From assembly GCA_030745835.1 (NCBI GenBank), contig JASLNU010000113.1:1361-65360 (forward strand): a stretch of DNA of 64,000 bases, in the 5' to 3' direction. Below the pieces are notes generated by a model that did not search any database, was not told the DNA's origin, and saw only the letters and a program-made list of their open reading frames with translations. The stretch is from Rhodospirillales bacterium. Lineage in GTDB: Bacteria > Pseudomonadota > Alphaproteobacteria > Rhodospirillales > UBA2165. Shown here piece by piece: positions 30,501 to 37,670 of this stretch. The translations under genes were made by a program, and so were the position numbers. How positions within the stretch are numbered: the first letter of the stretch is position 1; every line of letters starts with the position of its first letter.

Positions 30501-33500
30501 ACTTGACCCCGTGCAGGTGGATCAGGCGAATTTGACCGTGCCGGACGGCGCCGATTCTGTCACCGTGACCTTCCAGGGCGAAGAAGCCGGTTACCACAAC
30601 ATCGTCGGCTGGTACAAGATCGATGCCGACGGCAACCCGTTTGAGCCGCAGATCGCCTGGCAAGACGCCTCGCAGGTGGGCAGCGGCGGCGATATGGTGC
30701 CGGGCGAATCGCAATTCACCATCGATGATCTGGGGCCGGGCGAGAGTTTCGGTTTCTTCATCATCAAGGATGGCGCCGACGAATACCGGTGGATCGACAG
30801 GGTCCCGGACAACCATTATTTCGAATTCAACGAAGACGGCGAGTTGATCGAATATAACGAATCCGGCGAGGAGGTCGGTCAGAGCGAAGGCGAGGGTCAA
30901 GGCCACAAAATCGATGTCGATGATGTTTTTCACGCCGTCGACAACAATCTGACCGACAGCCTTTTGAATACCGACAATGTCGCCCATACCAATTCGGGCA
31001 TCGATCCCGAAACCGGCGACTTGATGATCGGTTTCGAAGACCTCTATGGCGGCGGCGACGAAGATTACAACGACCTGATGTTCTCGGTCGACTATGAGGG
31101 AACCGGTTACGGTGATCAGGATGTGTTCAGCTACACAGTTACCGACGGTGAATTCACCGATACCGCCAACCTGACCATTGAAATCGATCCCGATAACGAT
31201 GCGCCGGTGGCGGTGGATGATTCTCTGATTGCCCACGAAGATGATGCGTTGGTGATTACCGCCGATCAGCTTCTGGCCAACGACACGGATGCGGATTTGG
31301 ACACGCTGACCATCACCGATGTCGGCGAGGCGACCCACGGCACGGCGACCCTCAACGATGACGGCAGCATCACCTTCACCCCCGATGACGATTACGAGGG
31401 GCCGGCCCAGTTCACCTATACGGTGTCCGACGGCGCCGGCGGCACCGATACCGCCGTGGTCCACCTGACGGTGACCGGGAATGACGATTATCCGGTTGCG
31501 GTCGCCGATGTGGCGACCTTGGACGAAGATTCCTCGGTGATCATCGATGCGCTGGCCAACGACATTGCGGTGGATGGCGGCCCAATCCTTGATTCCTTTA
31601 CCCAGCCCGAGCACGGCACGGTAACCGTCAACGAGGACGGCACCTTCACCTATACGCCGGAAGCCAATTATAACGACGGCGACAGTTTCACCTACACCAT
31701 CACCGATACCGACGGCGATACCTCGACGGCGATTGTCAGTGTCGCGGTCAACCCGGTCGATGATCCGGTTGTGGCGGTCGAGGACACGGCGGTGTTGAAC
31801 GAAGACGCATCGGCGGTGATCGACGTGCTCGCCAACGATACGGCTGTCGACGGCGGGCTCGAACTGACCGGCGTCACCCAGCCGCTGCACGGCACCGTCG
31901 CCATCAACGAAGACGGCACGGTGACCTATACGCCGGCCACCGATTACAACGGCAGCGACAGCTTCACCTATTCGGTGACGGACGCCGATGGCAGCGTTGC
32001 AACAGCGACGGTCAGCCTGACCATCGATCCCACCAATGATGCACCGGTCGCGGTCGACGATACCGCGACCCTGAACGAGGACGCATCGGCAGTGATCAAC
32101 GTGCTCGCCAACGATAGCGATCTGGACGGCGATACGCTGAGCCTCGATAGCGTCACCCAGCCGGATCACGGCACGGTCGCTATCAATGCCGACGGCACGG
32201 TGACCTACACCCCGGATGCCAATTACAACGGCGCCGACAGCTTCACCTACAGCATTTCCGATGGCGCCGGCGGCACTGCGACGGCGAGCGTCAGCCTGAC
32301 GGTGAACCCGGAGAATGACCTTCCGGTGGCGGTTGATGATGTCGCAACCCTGAACGAAGACGCCTCGGCGGTGATCAATGTGCTCGCCAACGATAGCGAT
32401 CTGGACGGCGATACCTTGAGCCTCGACAGCGTCACCCAGCCCGATCACGGCACGGTTGCCATCAACGCCGACGGCAGCGTCACCTATCCGCCGGAGGCCG
32501 ACTATACCGGCAGCGACAGCTTCACCTACTCCATCTCCGATGGCGCCGGCGGCACTTCGACGGCGAGCGTCAGCCTGACCGTCAATCCCGAGAACGATGC
32601 GCCAGTGGCGGTTGACGATACGGCGATCCTCAACGAAGACGCTTCGGCGGTGATCGACGTGCTGGCCAACGATTCCGATCTGGACGGCGACACGCTGAGC
32701 CTGGATAGCGTCACCCAGCCCGATCACGGCACGGTCAGTATCAACCCCGACGGCACCGTGACCTACACCCCGGAAGCCAATTACAATGGCGCCGACAGCT
32801 TCACCTACAGCATATCCGATGGCGCCGGCGGCACTTCGACGGCGAACGTCAGCCTGACGGTGAACCCCGAAAATGACGATCCGGTCGCGGTTGGCGATAC
32901 GGCGATTCTCAACGAAGACGCTTCGGCGGTGATCAATGTGCTCGCCAACGATAGCGATCTGGACGGCGATACCTTGAGCCTCGACAGCGTCACCCAGCCG
33001 GAGCACGGTACGGTTGCCATCAATGCGGACGGCAGCGTCACCTATACGCCGGAGGCCGACTATACCGGCAGCGACAGCTTCACCTACTCCATCTCCGACG
33101 GTGCCGGCGGCACTTCGACGGCGAGCGTCAGCCTGACCGTCAATCCCGAGAACGATGCGCCGGTCGCGGTGGACGACACGGCGATTCTCAACGAAGACGC
33201 TTCGGCGGTGATCGACGTGCTGGCCAACGATTCCGATCTGGACGGCATCGCCCTGAGCGTCGACAGCGTCACCCAGCCCGATCACGGCACGGTCGCCATC
33301 AACGCCGACGGCACGGTCACCTATACGCCGGAGGCCAACTACAACGGCGCCGACAGCTTCACCTATACGGTGTCCGACGGCGCCGGCGGCCTCTCGACGG
33401 CGAGCGTCAGCCTTACCGTCAACCCGGAGAACGATGTGCCGGTGGCGGTCGATGCCACGGCGGTGCTGGATGAAGACACCGCGTTTGCCGGCCAGTTGAG

Positions 33501-36500
33501 CGCCAGCGATATCGACGGCGACAGCCTTGAATATTCATTGTCGGATCAAGGCGCACCCGAACATGGCACCGTCGCAATCAACGCCGACGGCAGTTATACC
33601 TACACCCCCGACGGTGATTACAGCGGCACCGACAGCTTTACCTTCACCGTCGATGACGGCGCCGGCGGCACCTCGAGCGCCACCGTGACCTTGTCGGTCA
33701 CCGGCGTTGCTGATGATCCGGTGGTGGTGGTCAGCGACGATACCGGCGTCGAGGACACCTGGACCCAGTTGCACCTGGATAGCTCGCTTTCCGATACCGA
33801 CGGCTCGGAAGCCCTGAGCGTATCGATTTCCAACGTTCCCGACGGCGCCACCTTAAGCCCGGGCACCAATCTGGGCGGCGGCGAATGGACGGTTTTGCCC
33901 GAACAGCTGCATCTGGTCTGCATCCTGCCGCCGGATGATTTCTCGGGCGAAATCGACATGACCTTGTCGGTGACCTCGACCGAAGCCGACGGCGATGTCG
34001 CCACCGTTTCCAGCGGCTTCACGGTTGACGTGACGCCCGCCGGCGATGTCAGTGTGTCGGCCGCCGATGTGACCGGGACCGAGGACAGCGTCATCGATCT
34101 GGGCCTTTCGGCGGATTCTTTCTCGATCACCGATGCCGATGGTTCGGAAACCCTGCAATCCATCGAAATCTCATTCTCCGGCCTGCCCGAGGGCGCGGTG
34201 GTCAACAACGCCACCTACAATCAGGCAACCGGCACCTATACGGTGGCGACAGTGGCGGCGCTGGCCATCGTCTCGGTAACGCCGCCCGATGATTGGAGCG
34301 GCCAGTTCGACGCCACTCTGAACGTCACCTCCAACGAAGGTTCCGCTGCGCAAACCTTCGGCGTCACCGTCAGCCCGGGCAACGATGCGCCGGTGATCTC
34401 CACCTCGCCGGTGTTCTCGATGAACGAGGACGGATCGATCGTCATTTCCGAGGCCCAGCTTCTCGCCGGTGCCTCCGACGCGGACGGCGATACGCTCAGT
34501 GTTACCGACCTGGTGGTCAATGGCGGGCAAGGGACATTGACCGGCCCCGATGCCGACGGCAATTACACCTATGCGCCGCCGGCCGATTTCAGCGGCGACG
34601 TATCGCTCGATTACAATGTATCCGACGGCACCGCGAGCGTTGCGCAAACGGCAAGCATTGCCGTGGCCGGCGTCGCCGATGCGCCTGAACTGACCGTTGA
34701 CATCGGAGAAGGTGAACTGGTCACGGTCGGTGGCGATCCGGTTGAAGTGTCCATTGATTTTGATAGTGTCACGGATACCGACGCCGGATTCACCGTGACT
34801 GCCCGTTCGATCGACGACCAGGGTCAGCTGACCGATGCAAGCGCCGACAATATTTCTTTCCACAATACGTCTCCTCAAGGTTTTGGCGTCAGCGGCAATG
34901 CCTCGGGCGCGAATTCAGAACTTGGCTACGACAGCGATGCCGGAATTTCCGAACAGTTGATCGTGTCGTTTGACAGCGACGTTTCGTCCGCCGACGTCTC
35001 GTTCGCTTGGAAGCACAGCGGTGAAGACGCCACGTTTGAATTCTACAAGGACGGTGTGAAAGTTGGTGAAGGCACCATAATCGGCGGCAGCGACGGAATA
35101 GACCCGGCGGTCACGATTTCGCCGGACGATGGCAGTTCATTTGATCAGATCGTGTTTATGGCGTCGGGTTCGGGCGATGATTACCTGATCAATTCGATCG
35201 ATTTTGAAGCCAATGCGAATGCTGATACCGTCATTGAGTATCCAGTCACCATTGCGGCCGATTTGGTGGACACGGACGGCTCTGAAACGCTGTCCACCAT
35301 CACCATCGATATGGAGGGTATGCCCGAAGGGGTGAGCTTCAGTGCAGGCGGCTTGAACGCAGACGGTAATTGGGAACTCACCCCGGCGCAGCTCGATGGC
35401 CTGACCATGACCGCACCGGAAGGCTCGGGTGATATTGATCTAACCGTTAGTGTAACCTCGACCGAAGCCAACGGTGATGCCGCGACGACGACAGTGACGG
35501 CGACCGCAGATGGGGCAAATGTCGGACCTGAAGTCAGTGGCACGCCCGAGTTGGCGATGAACGAGGACGGCACCTTGACAATCACCGCGGATCAGCTTCT
35601 GGCCGGCGCGACCGATGCCGATGGCGATACATTGAGCGTCGAGAATTTGGTGGTGAATGGCGGCACTGGGACTTTGACGGGTCCGGACGATGCCGGCAAC
35701 TATACCTATCTGCCGCCGGCCGATTTCAGCGGCGATGTCACCCTCGACTATGATGTCAGCGACGGCACCGCGAGCGTTGCGCAAACGGCTTCCATCGCCG
35801 TTGCCGGCGTTGCCGATACTCCGGAATTGACGGCCGGCGTTACCGGCGTCACCGAAGTCATGGCGGAAACCGCCGTGCCGGTGTCGCAGGTGCTTCTCGA
35901 TCAAGTGGAAGCCGACCATGTGGTCACCATCACCGGCGTTCCCGATGGCGCCACGCTCAATGCCGGCGTCGATAACGGCGATGGCAGCTGGACCCTGACC
36001 GGTGATCTGCTGGACGGCCTGAGCGTCACCGCGCCGGATGGCTATGCCGGTGATCTGAACCTGGATATTTCGGTTGTCGATAGCGGTGGCGGCGGCAGCC
36101 AAACGCTAATCGAAGCCGACTTCAACTCCGGCACCTCCGGGTTCACCTATTCCGATGATGCCTTCGGAACGGACAATCCAGCACATGCCCGAGGAAAGTG
36201 GGACGACAATGACGGTGAAGATGGCAGCGGCGCGCTTAAGATTAAACTGGGCGGCGCCGACGATGACGACGTTACCGACGGCATGTCCGGCGGTTTTGGA
36301 CAGAACTTCACGGTCACCGACGAGGGCGCCGGCACGCTAACCTTCAGCTACCGGCTGGATCAGGATTCCCGCTACGAGGACGACGAATATTCCGAAGTTC
36401 TGGTCAGTATCGATGGTGAATTGGTCAGCCTCGACGGCAATGATTACATCGCGCGCATCTCGGGCGGCGGCGATACCGGCTGGCAAACCGTGACCCTCGA

Positions 36501-37575
36501 TCTCGGCACCCTGCCGGAAGGCGAGCATACTCTGGTCATCGGTGGTTTTAACAACCAGTCGACAGAAAAAAAGGAAAAGACCGAGATTAATTTCGACGAT
36601 CTTGAATTGACCGTCGAGAGCGGTGAGACGTTTGTGGCCAGCGAAAGCCTCAGCTTCGCGCCCGATGTCGGTGGCCATCTCTATGCCATCGATATTGCGG
36701 CGGCGCTCGGCGATACGGACGGCTCGGAATCCCTTTCGGCCATCACCTTCGAAGGCTTGCCCGACGGCGTTACCCTCAACGCGGGATCGTCCGACGGCGA
36801 GGGCGGCTGGACCGTCGACGCGGGTGATCTTGCCGGATTGGAGGTCACGGTGCCCGACGGCAGCGGCGCGTTCCAGATGACCGTGAGCGCGACCTCGACC
36901 GATACCGGCGGCGATACAGCCAGCATCACCCGGACCATGGATTTCTCCGATCATCTCGGCGCCGACAGCGCGGACACCCTCGCCGGCGAGGCGGGCGATG
37001 TCGCCGATACGCTGTATGGCGGCGCCGGCGACGATGCGCTTTCGGGTGACGGCGGCGACGATACGCTTTACGGCGGATCCGGCGACGATGATGTCACCGG
37101 CGGCGATGGCGCCGACACCATCTATGGTGGCGACGGCATCGATACGCTCTACGGCGGATCGGGCGTCGATTACCTGTCCGGCGGCGATGGCAACGATGTC
37201 ATCTACGGCGAGTCGGGCAACGATATCATCCTCGGCGGCGCCGGCGACGATCAGCTCCATGGCGGCGAGGGCAATGACGAGTTCGTCTTCGACCTCGGCG
37301 ACGGCAACGACACCATCTTTGATTTCGAGGCTGGCGATGCGCTCAGCTTCGACGGGGTCAGCCTGGCCGAAGGCGATAACGTCGAAATCACCACCGATGG
37401 CAACGATGTGGTCATCCGCATCATCGGCCAGGACGGCGCCGAAACCAACAAGGTGACATTGAAGGATTCGGTTGACGAAACCGACCAAAACGCGGTCGAA
37501 AATATCGGCGATGGTTATTCGGTCACCGACACCGGCGATGGCGGCGTATCGATCGTCGTCGATCAAACCGGTTAG
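24550..37575 (+). CDS. giant (4341 aa) RTX-type T1SS-secreted adhesin with LapA-like retention region
   Basis: N-terminal region VESVTGTVVAIRANGERVELQAGDPVFQGDVLQSGEEGAIGIVLADETTFSMAENGRMVLDEMVYDP resembles LapA-type retention modules. Then an acidic tract with TAAG, Ala-rich tracts, ~131-aa repeats (DGTLDSV.IT.IPDGA...LTPDQL.GLTITP..DDA.DF.L), a DUF4114-like module (DEDYNDLMFSV), nine 93-aa tandem-95/cadherin-like repeats, and Gly/Asp nonapeptide RTX repeats (GGAGDDALSGDGGDDTLYGGSGDD...). The C-terminus is non-repetitive with no Cys. Confidence 0.9.
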   Translation: MADEIIRDDENLTLADDDGAGGQSITVEVGADGAVMLPEGVNFGTADFAQSGSDLILTGPDGTQVVVEGYFDSESAPMLRTPGGSELPGETATHLARVLSPSQEVAQAAPSADAQPIGQVESVTGTVVAIRANGERVELQAGDPVFQGDVLQSGEEGAIGIVLADETTFSMAENGRMVLDEMVYDPGTQEGSISMSVLQGVFTFVSGQVAKVDPDAMTLKTPVATIGIRGTQVGIDLRDTGTGEPDLRVVLMEESDGFVGEVVISNAGGIQILNLPDQGSSVSSATSAPAEPRVLQRSEIRESYGEALDSLPTAVGTGNNYGSREDEAQEQEQEEEQQQEEGEEAADEFAETEGGGEGEGEDLDDFETAAGGEEEEEEGEGEEEDGLVDLAAEEEAAAEAAAAEAAAEAAAAAAAAEEAAAAEAAAAAADAAAEAAAQAAADAAAAAARAAAQAAADAARAAAEAEAARIQAEIDAENAVADLATVKIDVAQGDEDTAIDLAINATMGGTSDRLESVTVDNIPEGATISLDGVELLLTDNNDGTYSVTLEPSQLTGLTVTPALDENADFTLEVRATSIDPDSGVTATTRPSTLDVTVDATVDPAVVTAVPGEGYEDAPIQLDVSTFLADADGTVTSIAIDNIPDGATLTYVDETGATVEIVITDGSVTLSPDQLNGLMITPPSDDAHDFNLDVTATATDIDPDMVEEAAAADAAAAEAAIAETQAIAASDAADLAVPEAQTAADEAAAALAGADADATDANIAELQAAVDAADTALADAKKAASDAETAEVDAIAASDAADDVAAGYELTVAAIEAMAEADAAAEAVVDANTALDAAEAAATAADLAETQAIAASDAADLAVTEAQTAVDEASAALADAKRNEVDELEAALADAEAVLADAEAAATAAETAEDDAIAASDAADANVTDAETAVTTAEAHAESTAAAADDAVIAAAEGDATGLVTSTSETQSQTVEVIATVDAPVVTVDDASGLEDTAIDLDLTATVDTAGIPDGTLDSVTITDIPEGAVISLDGVDLALTDNGDGTSSVTLAPGQLTGLTITPAQDDAHDFAVTVTATAVDIDPDFQIAVDNAEAAAAEAATALTAAEAAAGVAATAETDAIAASDAADLVVTEAQTVADDAAAALADAGEDATPAEIAELQAVVDDAEAALAVATADAAEAETAETDAIAASDAADLAVTEAQTAVTAADTEVADATAARDAGGISNTSEPISLDVEVNATVDAPEVVDIAARGDEDAAIPLDINSAISLDTEGIIDGTLDSVSITNIPDGATMSYVDDAGAAQSITITGGGATLTPAQLDGLTITPPSDDAGDFNLSFTATATDTDPDTGAVVTNTSAAQTLAVTVDVTVDAPGVVDTATRGDEDAAIPLDINTAITMDTEGIIDGTLDSVSITDIPDGAVLMSGGVAITLTGPDATTGLFSAELTPDQLAGLTITPASDDAGDFNLSFTATATDTDPDSGVVVTNTSEAHSLTVTVDATVDAPEVVDTAARGDEDAAIPLDVAGAISLDTEGIIDGTLDSVAITDIPDGAVLMSDGVAITLTGPDATTGLFSAELTPDQLAGLTITPAQDDANDFDLSFTATTTDTDPDSGVVVTNTSEAHSLTVTVDATVDAPTVTDAAAAGDEDTAIPLDVASAISVDVADGSLDSVDVTNIPAGASLTYVDGSGATQQIAIVDGSATLTPDQLSSLAITPPADDASDFTLSFTATTTDTDPDTGNRVTNTSTAQSLVIAVAATADAPDVSVDDAAGSANTPIALDIAATVDVGDDILESVTIADIPPGATLTYVDATGATQEITIAGDSAILTPEQLNGLAVTPAAGDTTDFNLSVSATASDTDPDTGETVTSTSQPVTLNVDITSGNVAPVATDDTDAVGDDIGDTVTGNVLSNDFDLDGDVLNVTQVEFEGTVHQFPEGEDSLTIEGDLGTLVIGSDGTYTYTKGEFENDWAEGTPTWVPPQEQQELDPVQVDQANLTVPDGADSVTVTFQGEEAGYHNIVGWYKIDADGNPFEPQIAWQDASQVGSGGDMVPGESQFTIDDLGPGESFGFFIIKDGADEYRWIDRVPDNHYFEFNEDGELIEYNESGEEVGQSEGEGQGHKIDVDDVFHAVDNNLTDSLLNTDNVAHTNSGIDPETGDLMIGFEDLYGGGDEDYNDLMFSVDYEGTGYGDQDVFSYTVTDGEFTDTANLTIEIDPDNDAPVAVDDSLIAHEDDALVITADQLLANDTDADLDTLTITDVGEATHGTATLNDDGSITFTPDDDYEGPAQFTYTVSDGAGGTDTAVVHLTVTGNDDYPVAVADVATLDEDSSVIIDALANDIAVDGGPILDSFTQPEHGTVTVNEDGTFTYTPEANYNDGDSFTYTITDTDGDTSTAIVSVAVNPVDDPVVAVEDTAVLNEDASAVIDVLANDTAVDGGLELTGVTQPLHGTVAINEDGTVTYTPATDYNGSDSFTYSVTDADGSVATATVSLTIDPTNDAPVAVDDTATLNEDASAVINVLANDSDLDGDTLSLDSVTQPDHGTVAINADGTVTYTPDANYNGADSFTYSISDGAGGTATASVSLTVNPENDLPVAVDDVATLNEDASAVINVLANDSDLDGDTLSLDSVTQPDHGTVAINADGSVTYPPEADYTGSDSFTYSISDGAGGTSTASVSLTVNPENDAPVAVDDTAILNEDASAVIDVLANDSDLDGDTLSLDSVTQPDHGTVSINPDGTVTYTPEANYNGADSFTYSISDGAGGTSTANVSLTVNPENDDPVAVGDTAILNEDASAVINVLANDSDLDGDTLSLDSVTQPEHGTVAINADGSVTYTPEADYTGSDSFTYSISDGAGGTSTASVSLTVNPENDAPVAVDDTAILNEDASAVIDVLANDSDLDGIALSVDSVTQPDHGTVAINADGTVTYTPEANYNGADSFTYTVSDGAGGLSTASVSLTVNPENDVPVAVDATAVLDEDTAFAGQLSASDIDGDSLEYSLSDQGAPEHGTVAINADGSYTYTPDGDYSGTDSFTFTVDDGAGGTSSATVTLSVTGVADDPVVVVSDDTGVEDTWTQLHLDSSLSDTDGSEALSVSISNVPDGATLSPGTNLGGGEWTVLPEQLHLVCILPPDDFSGEIDMTLSVTSTEADGDVATVSSGFTVDVTPAGDVSVSAADVTGTEDSVIDLGLSADSFSITDADGSETLQSIEISFSGLPEGAVVNNATYNQATGTYTVATVAALAIVSVTPPDDWSGQFDATLNVTSNEGSAAQTFGVTVSPGNDAPVISTSPVFSMNEDGSIVISEAQLLAGASDADGDTLSVTDLVVNGGQGTLTGPDADGNYTYAPPADFSGDVSLDYNVSDGTASVAQTASIAVAGVADAPELTVDIGEGELVTVGGDPVEVSIDFDSVTDTDAGFTVTARSIDDQGQLTDASADNISFHNTSPQGFGVSGNASGANSELGYDSDAGISEQLIVSFDSDVSSADVSFAWKHSGEDATFEFYKDGVKVGEGTIIGGSDGIDPAVTISPDDGSSFDQIVFMASGSGDDYLINSIDFEANANADTVIEYPVTIAADLVDTDGSETLSTITIDMEGMPEGVSFSAGGLNADGNWELTPAQLDGLTMTAPEGSGDIDLTVSVTSTEANGDAATTTVTATADGANVGPEVSGTPELAMNEDGTLTITADQLLAGATDADGDTLSVENLVVNGGTGTLTGPDDAGNYTYLPPADFSGDVTLDYDVSDGTASVAQTASIAVAGVADTPELTAGVTGVTEVMAETAVPVSQVLLDQVEADHVVTITGVPDGATLNAGVDNGDGSWTLTGDLLDGLSVTAPDGYAGDLNLDISVVDSGGGGSQTLIEADFNSGTSGFTYSDDAFGTDNPAHARGKWDDNDGEDGSGALKIKLGGADDDDVTDGMSGGFGQNFTVTDEGAGTLTFSYRLDQDSRYEDDEYSEVLVSIDGELVSLDGNDYIARISGGGDTGWQTVTLDLGTLPEGEHTLVIGGFNNQSTEKKEKTEINFDDLELTVESGETFVASESLSFAPDVGGHLYAIDIAAALGDTDGSESLSAITFEGLPDGVTLNAGSSDGEGGWTVDAGDLAGLEVTVPDGSGAFQMTVSATSTDTGGDTASITRTMDFSDHLGADSADTLAGEAGDVADTLYGGAGDDALSGDGGDDTLYGGSGDDDVTGGDGADTIYGGDGIDTLYGGSGVDYLSGGDGNDVIYGESGNDIILGGAGDDQLHGGEGNDEFVFDLGDGNDTIFDFEAGDALSFDGVSLAEGDNVEITTDGNDVVIRIIGQDGAETNKVTLKDSVDETDQNAVENIGDGYSVTDTGDGGVSIVVDQTG
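25651..25662 (+). other. candidate LapG/BTLCP cleavage motif T-A-A-G (aa 368-371) in the adhesin
   Basis: ACC GCC GCC GGC in frame, context EDLDDFETAAGGEEEEEE. LapG substrates are cleaved at a (T/P/A)-A-A-(G/V) di-alanine motif downstream of the retention module. Confidence 0.5.
28230..29470 (+). repeat. near-identical ~393-bp (131-aa) in-frame tandem repeats within the adhesin gene
   Basis: The landmark AATACCAGCG recurs at 28618, 29011 and 29404 (393-bp spacing) with long identical flanks (…TNTSEAHSLTVTVDATVDAPEVVDTAARGDEDAAIPLD…). Confidence 0.8.
31192..33705 (+). repeat. nine in-frame 279-bp (93-aa) tandem-95/cadherin-like repeats; copies 4-8 (about 32030-33425) nearly identical
   Basis: Repeat unit NDAPVAVDDTA.LNEDASAVI.VLANDSDLDGDTLSLDSVTQPDHGTVAINADG.VTYTPEA.Y.G.DSFTYSISDGAGGTSTASVSLTVNPE. 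Antisense ORF artefacts recur every 279 bp (31968, 32247, 32526, 32805, 33084). Confidence 0.9.
36958..37300 (+). repeat. RTX calcium-binding nonapeptide repeat block (GGxGxDxUx) of the adhesin
   Basis: LYGGAGDDALSGDGGDDTLYGGSGDDDVTGGDGADTIYGGDGIDTLYGGSGVDYLSGGDGNDVIYGESGNDIILGGAGDDQLHGGEGND. Confidence 0.9.
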
Positions 37576-37622
37576 ACGCAGCCCGCGTCGGGTTGGCAGG
37601 GTCGGCCACGCGGGCGTCGGAC
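37575..37622. repeat. REP-like palindromic element, copy 1 (copy 2 at 60437-60494)
   Basis: GACGCAGCCCGCGTCGGGTTGGCAGGGTCGGCCACGCGGGCGTCGGAC versus GACGCAGCCCGTGTGGGGTTGGCTGGGCCGGCCACACGGGCGTG(AGGTACGCT)CGGAC. Each contains an internal inverted repeat (CCCGYGT.GG / CCACRCGGG). Confidence 0.5.
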
Positions 37623-37641
37623 TAGGCACCTGTTTACGATA

Positions 37642-37670
37642 GGGCCGCCCCCACCGGGCGGCTCTTTTTA
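37642..37670 (+). terminator. rho-independent terminator after the adhesin gene
   Basis: GCCGCCC-CCACC-GGGCGGC stem-loop followed by CTTTTTA. Overlaps the stop codon of the convergent TPR/ATP-grasp gene. Confidence 0.6.

Noticed and set aside
29674-33285. 1203-aa antisense ORF, and the series of 62-aa antisense ORFs spaced every 279 bp inside the adhesin gene
   Set aside because: The periodicity simply mirrors the sense-strand 279-bp coding repeats. The translations are low-complexity (G/R/I/D/V-rich). The sense frame has coherent domain architecture with RTX repeats.
31192-33705. Regularly spaced direct repeats considered as a possible CRISPR array
   Set aside because: The repeats are 279 bp, contiguous with no unique spacers, in frame, and encode cadherin-like/tandem-95 domains. 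No cas genes are present and no 25-40-bp repeat/spacer pattern appears anywhere in the window.
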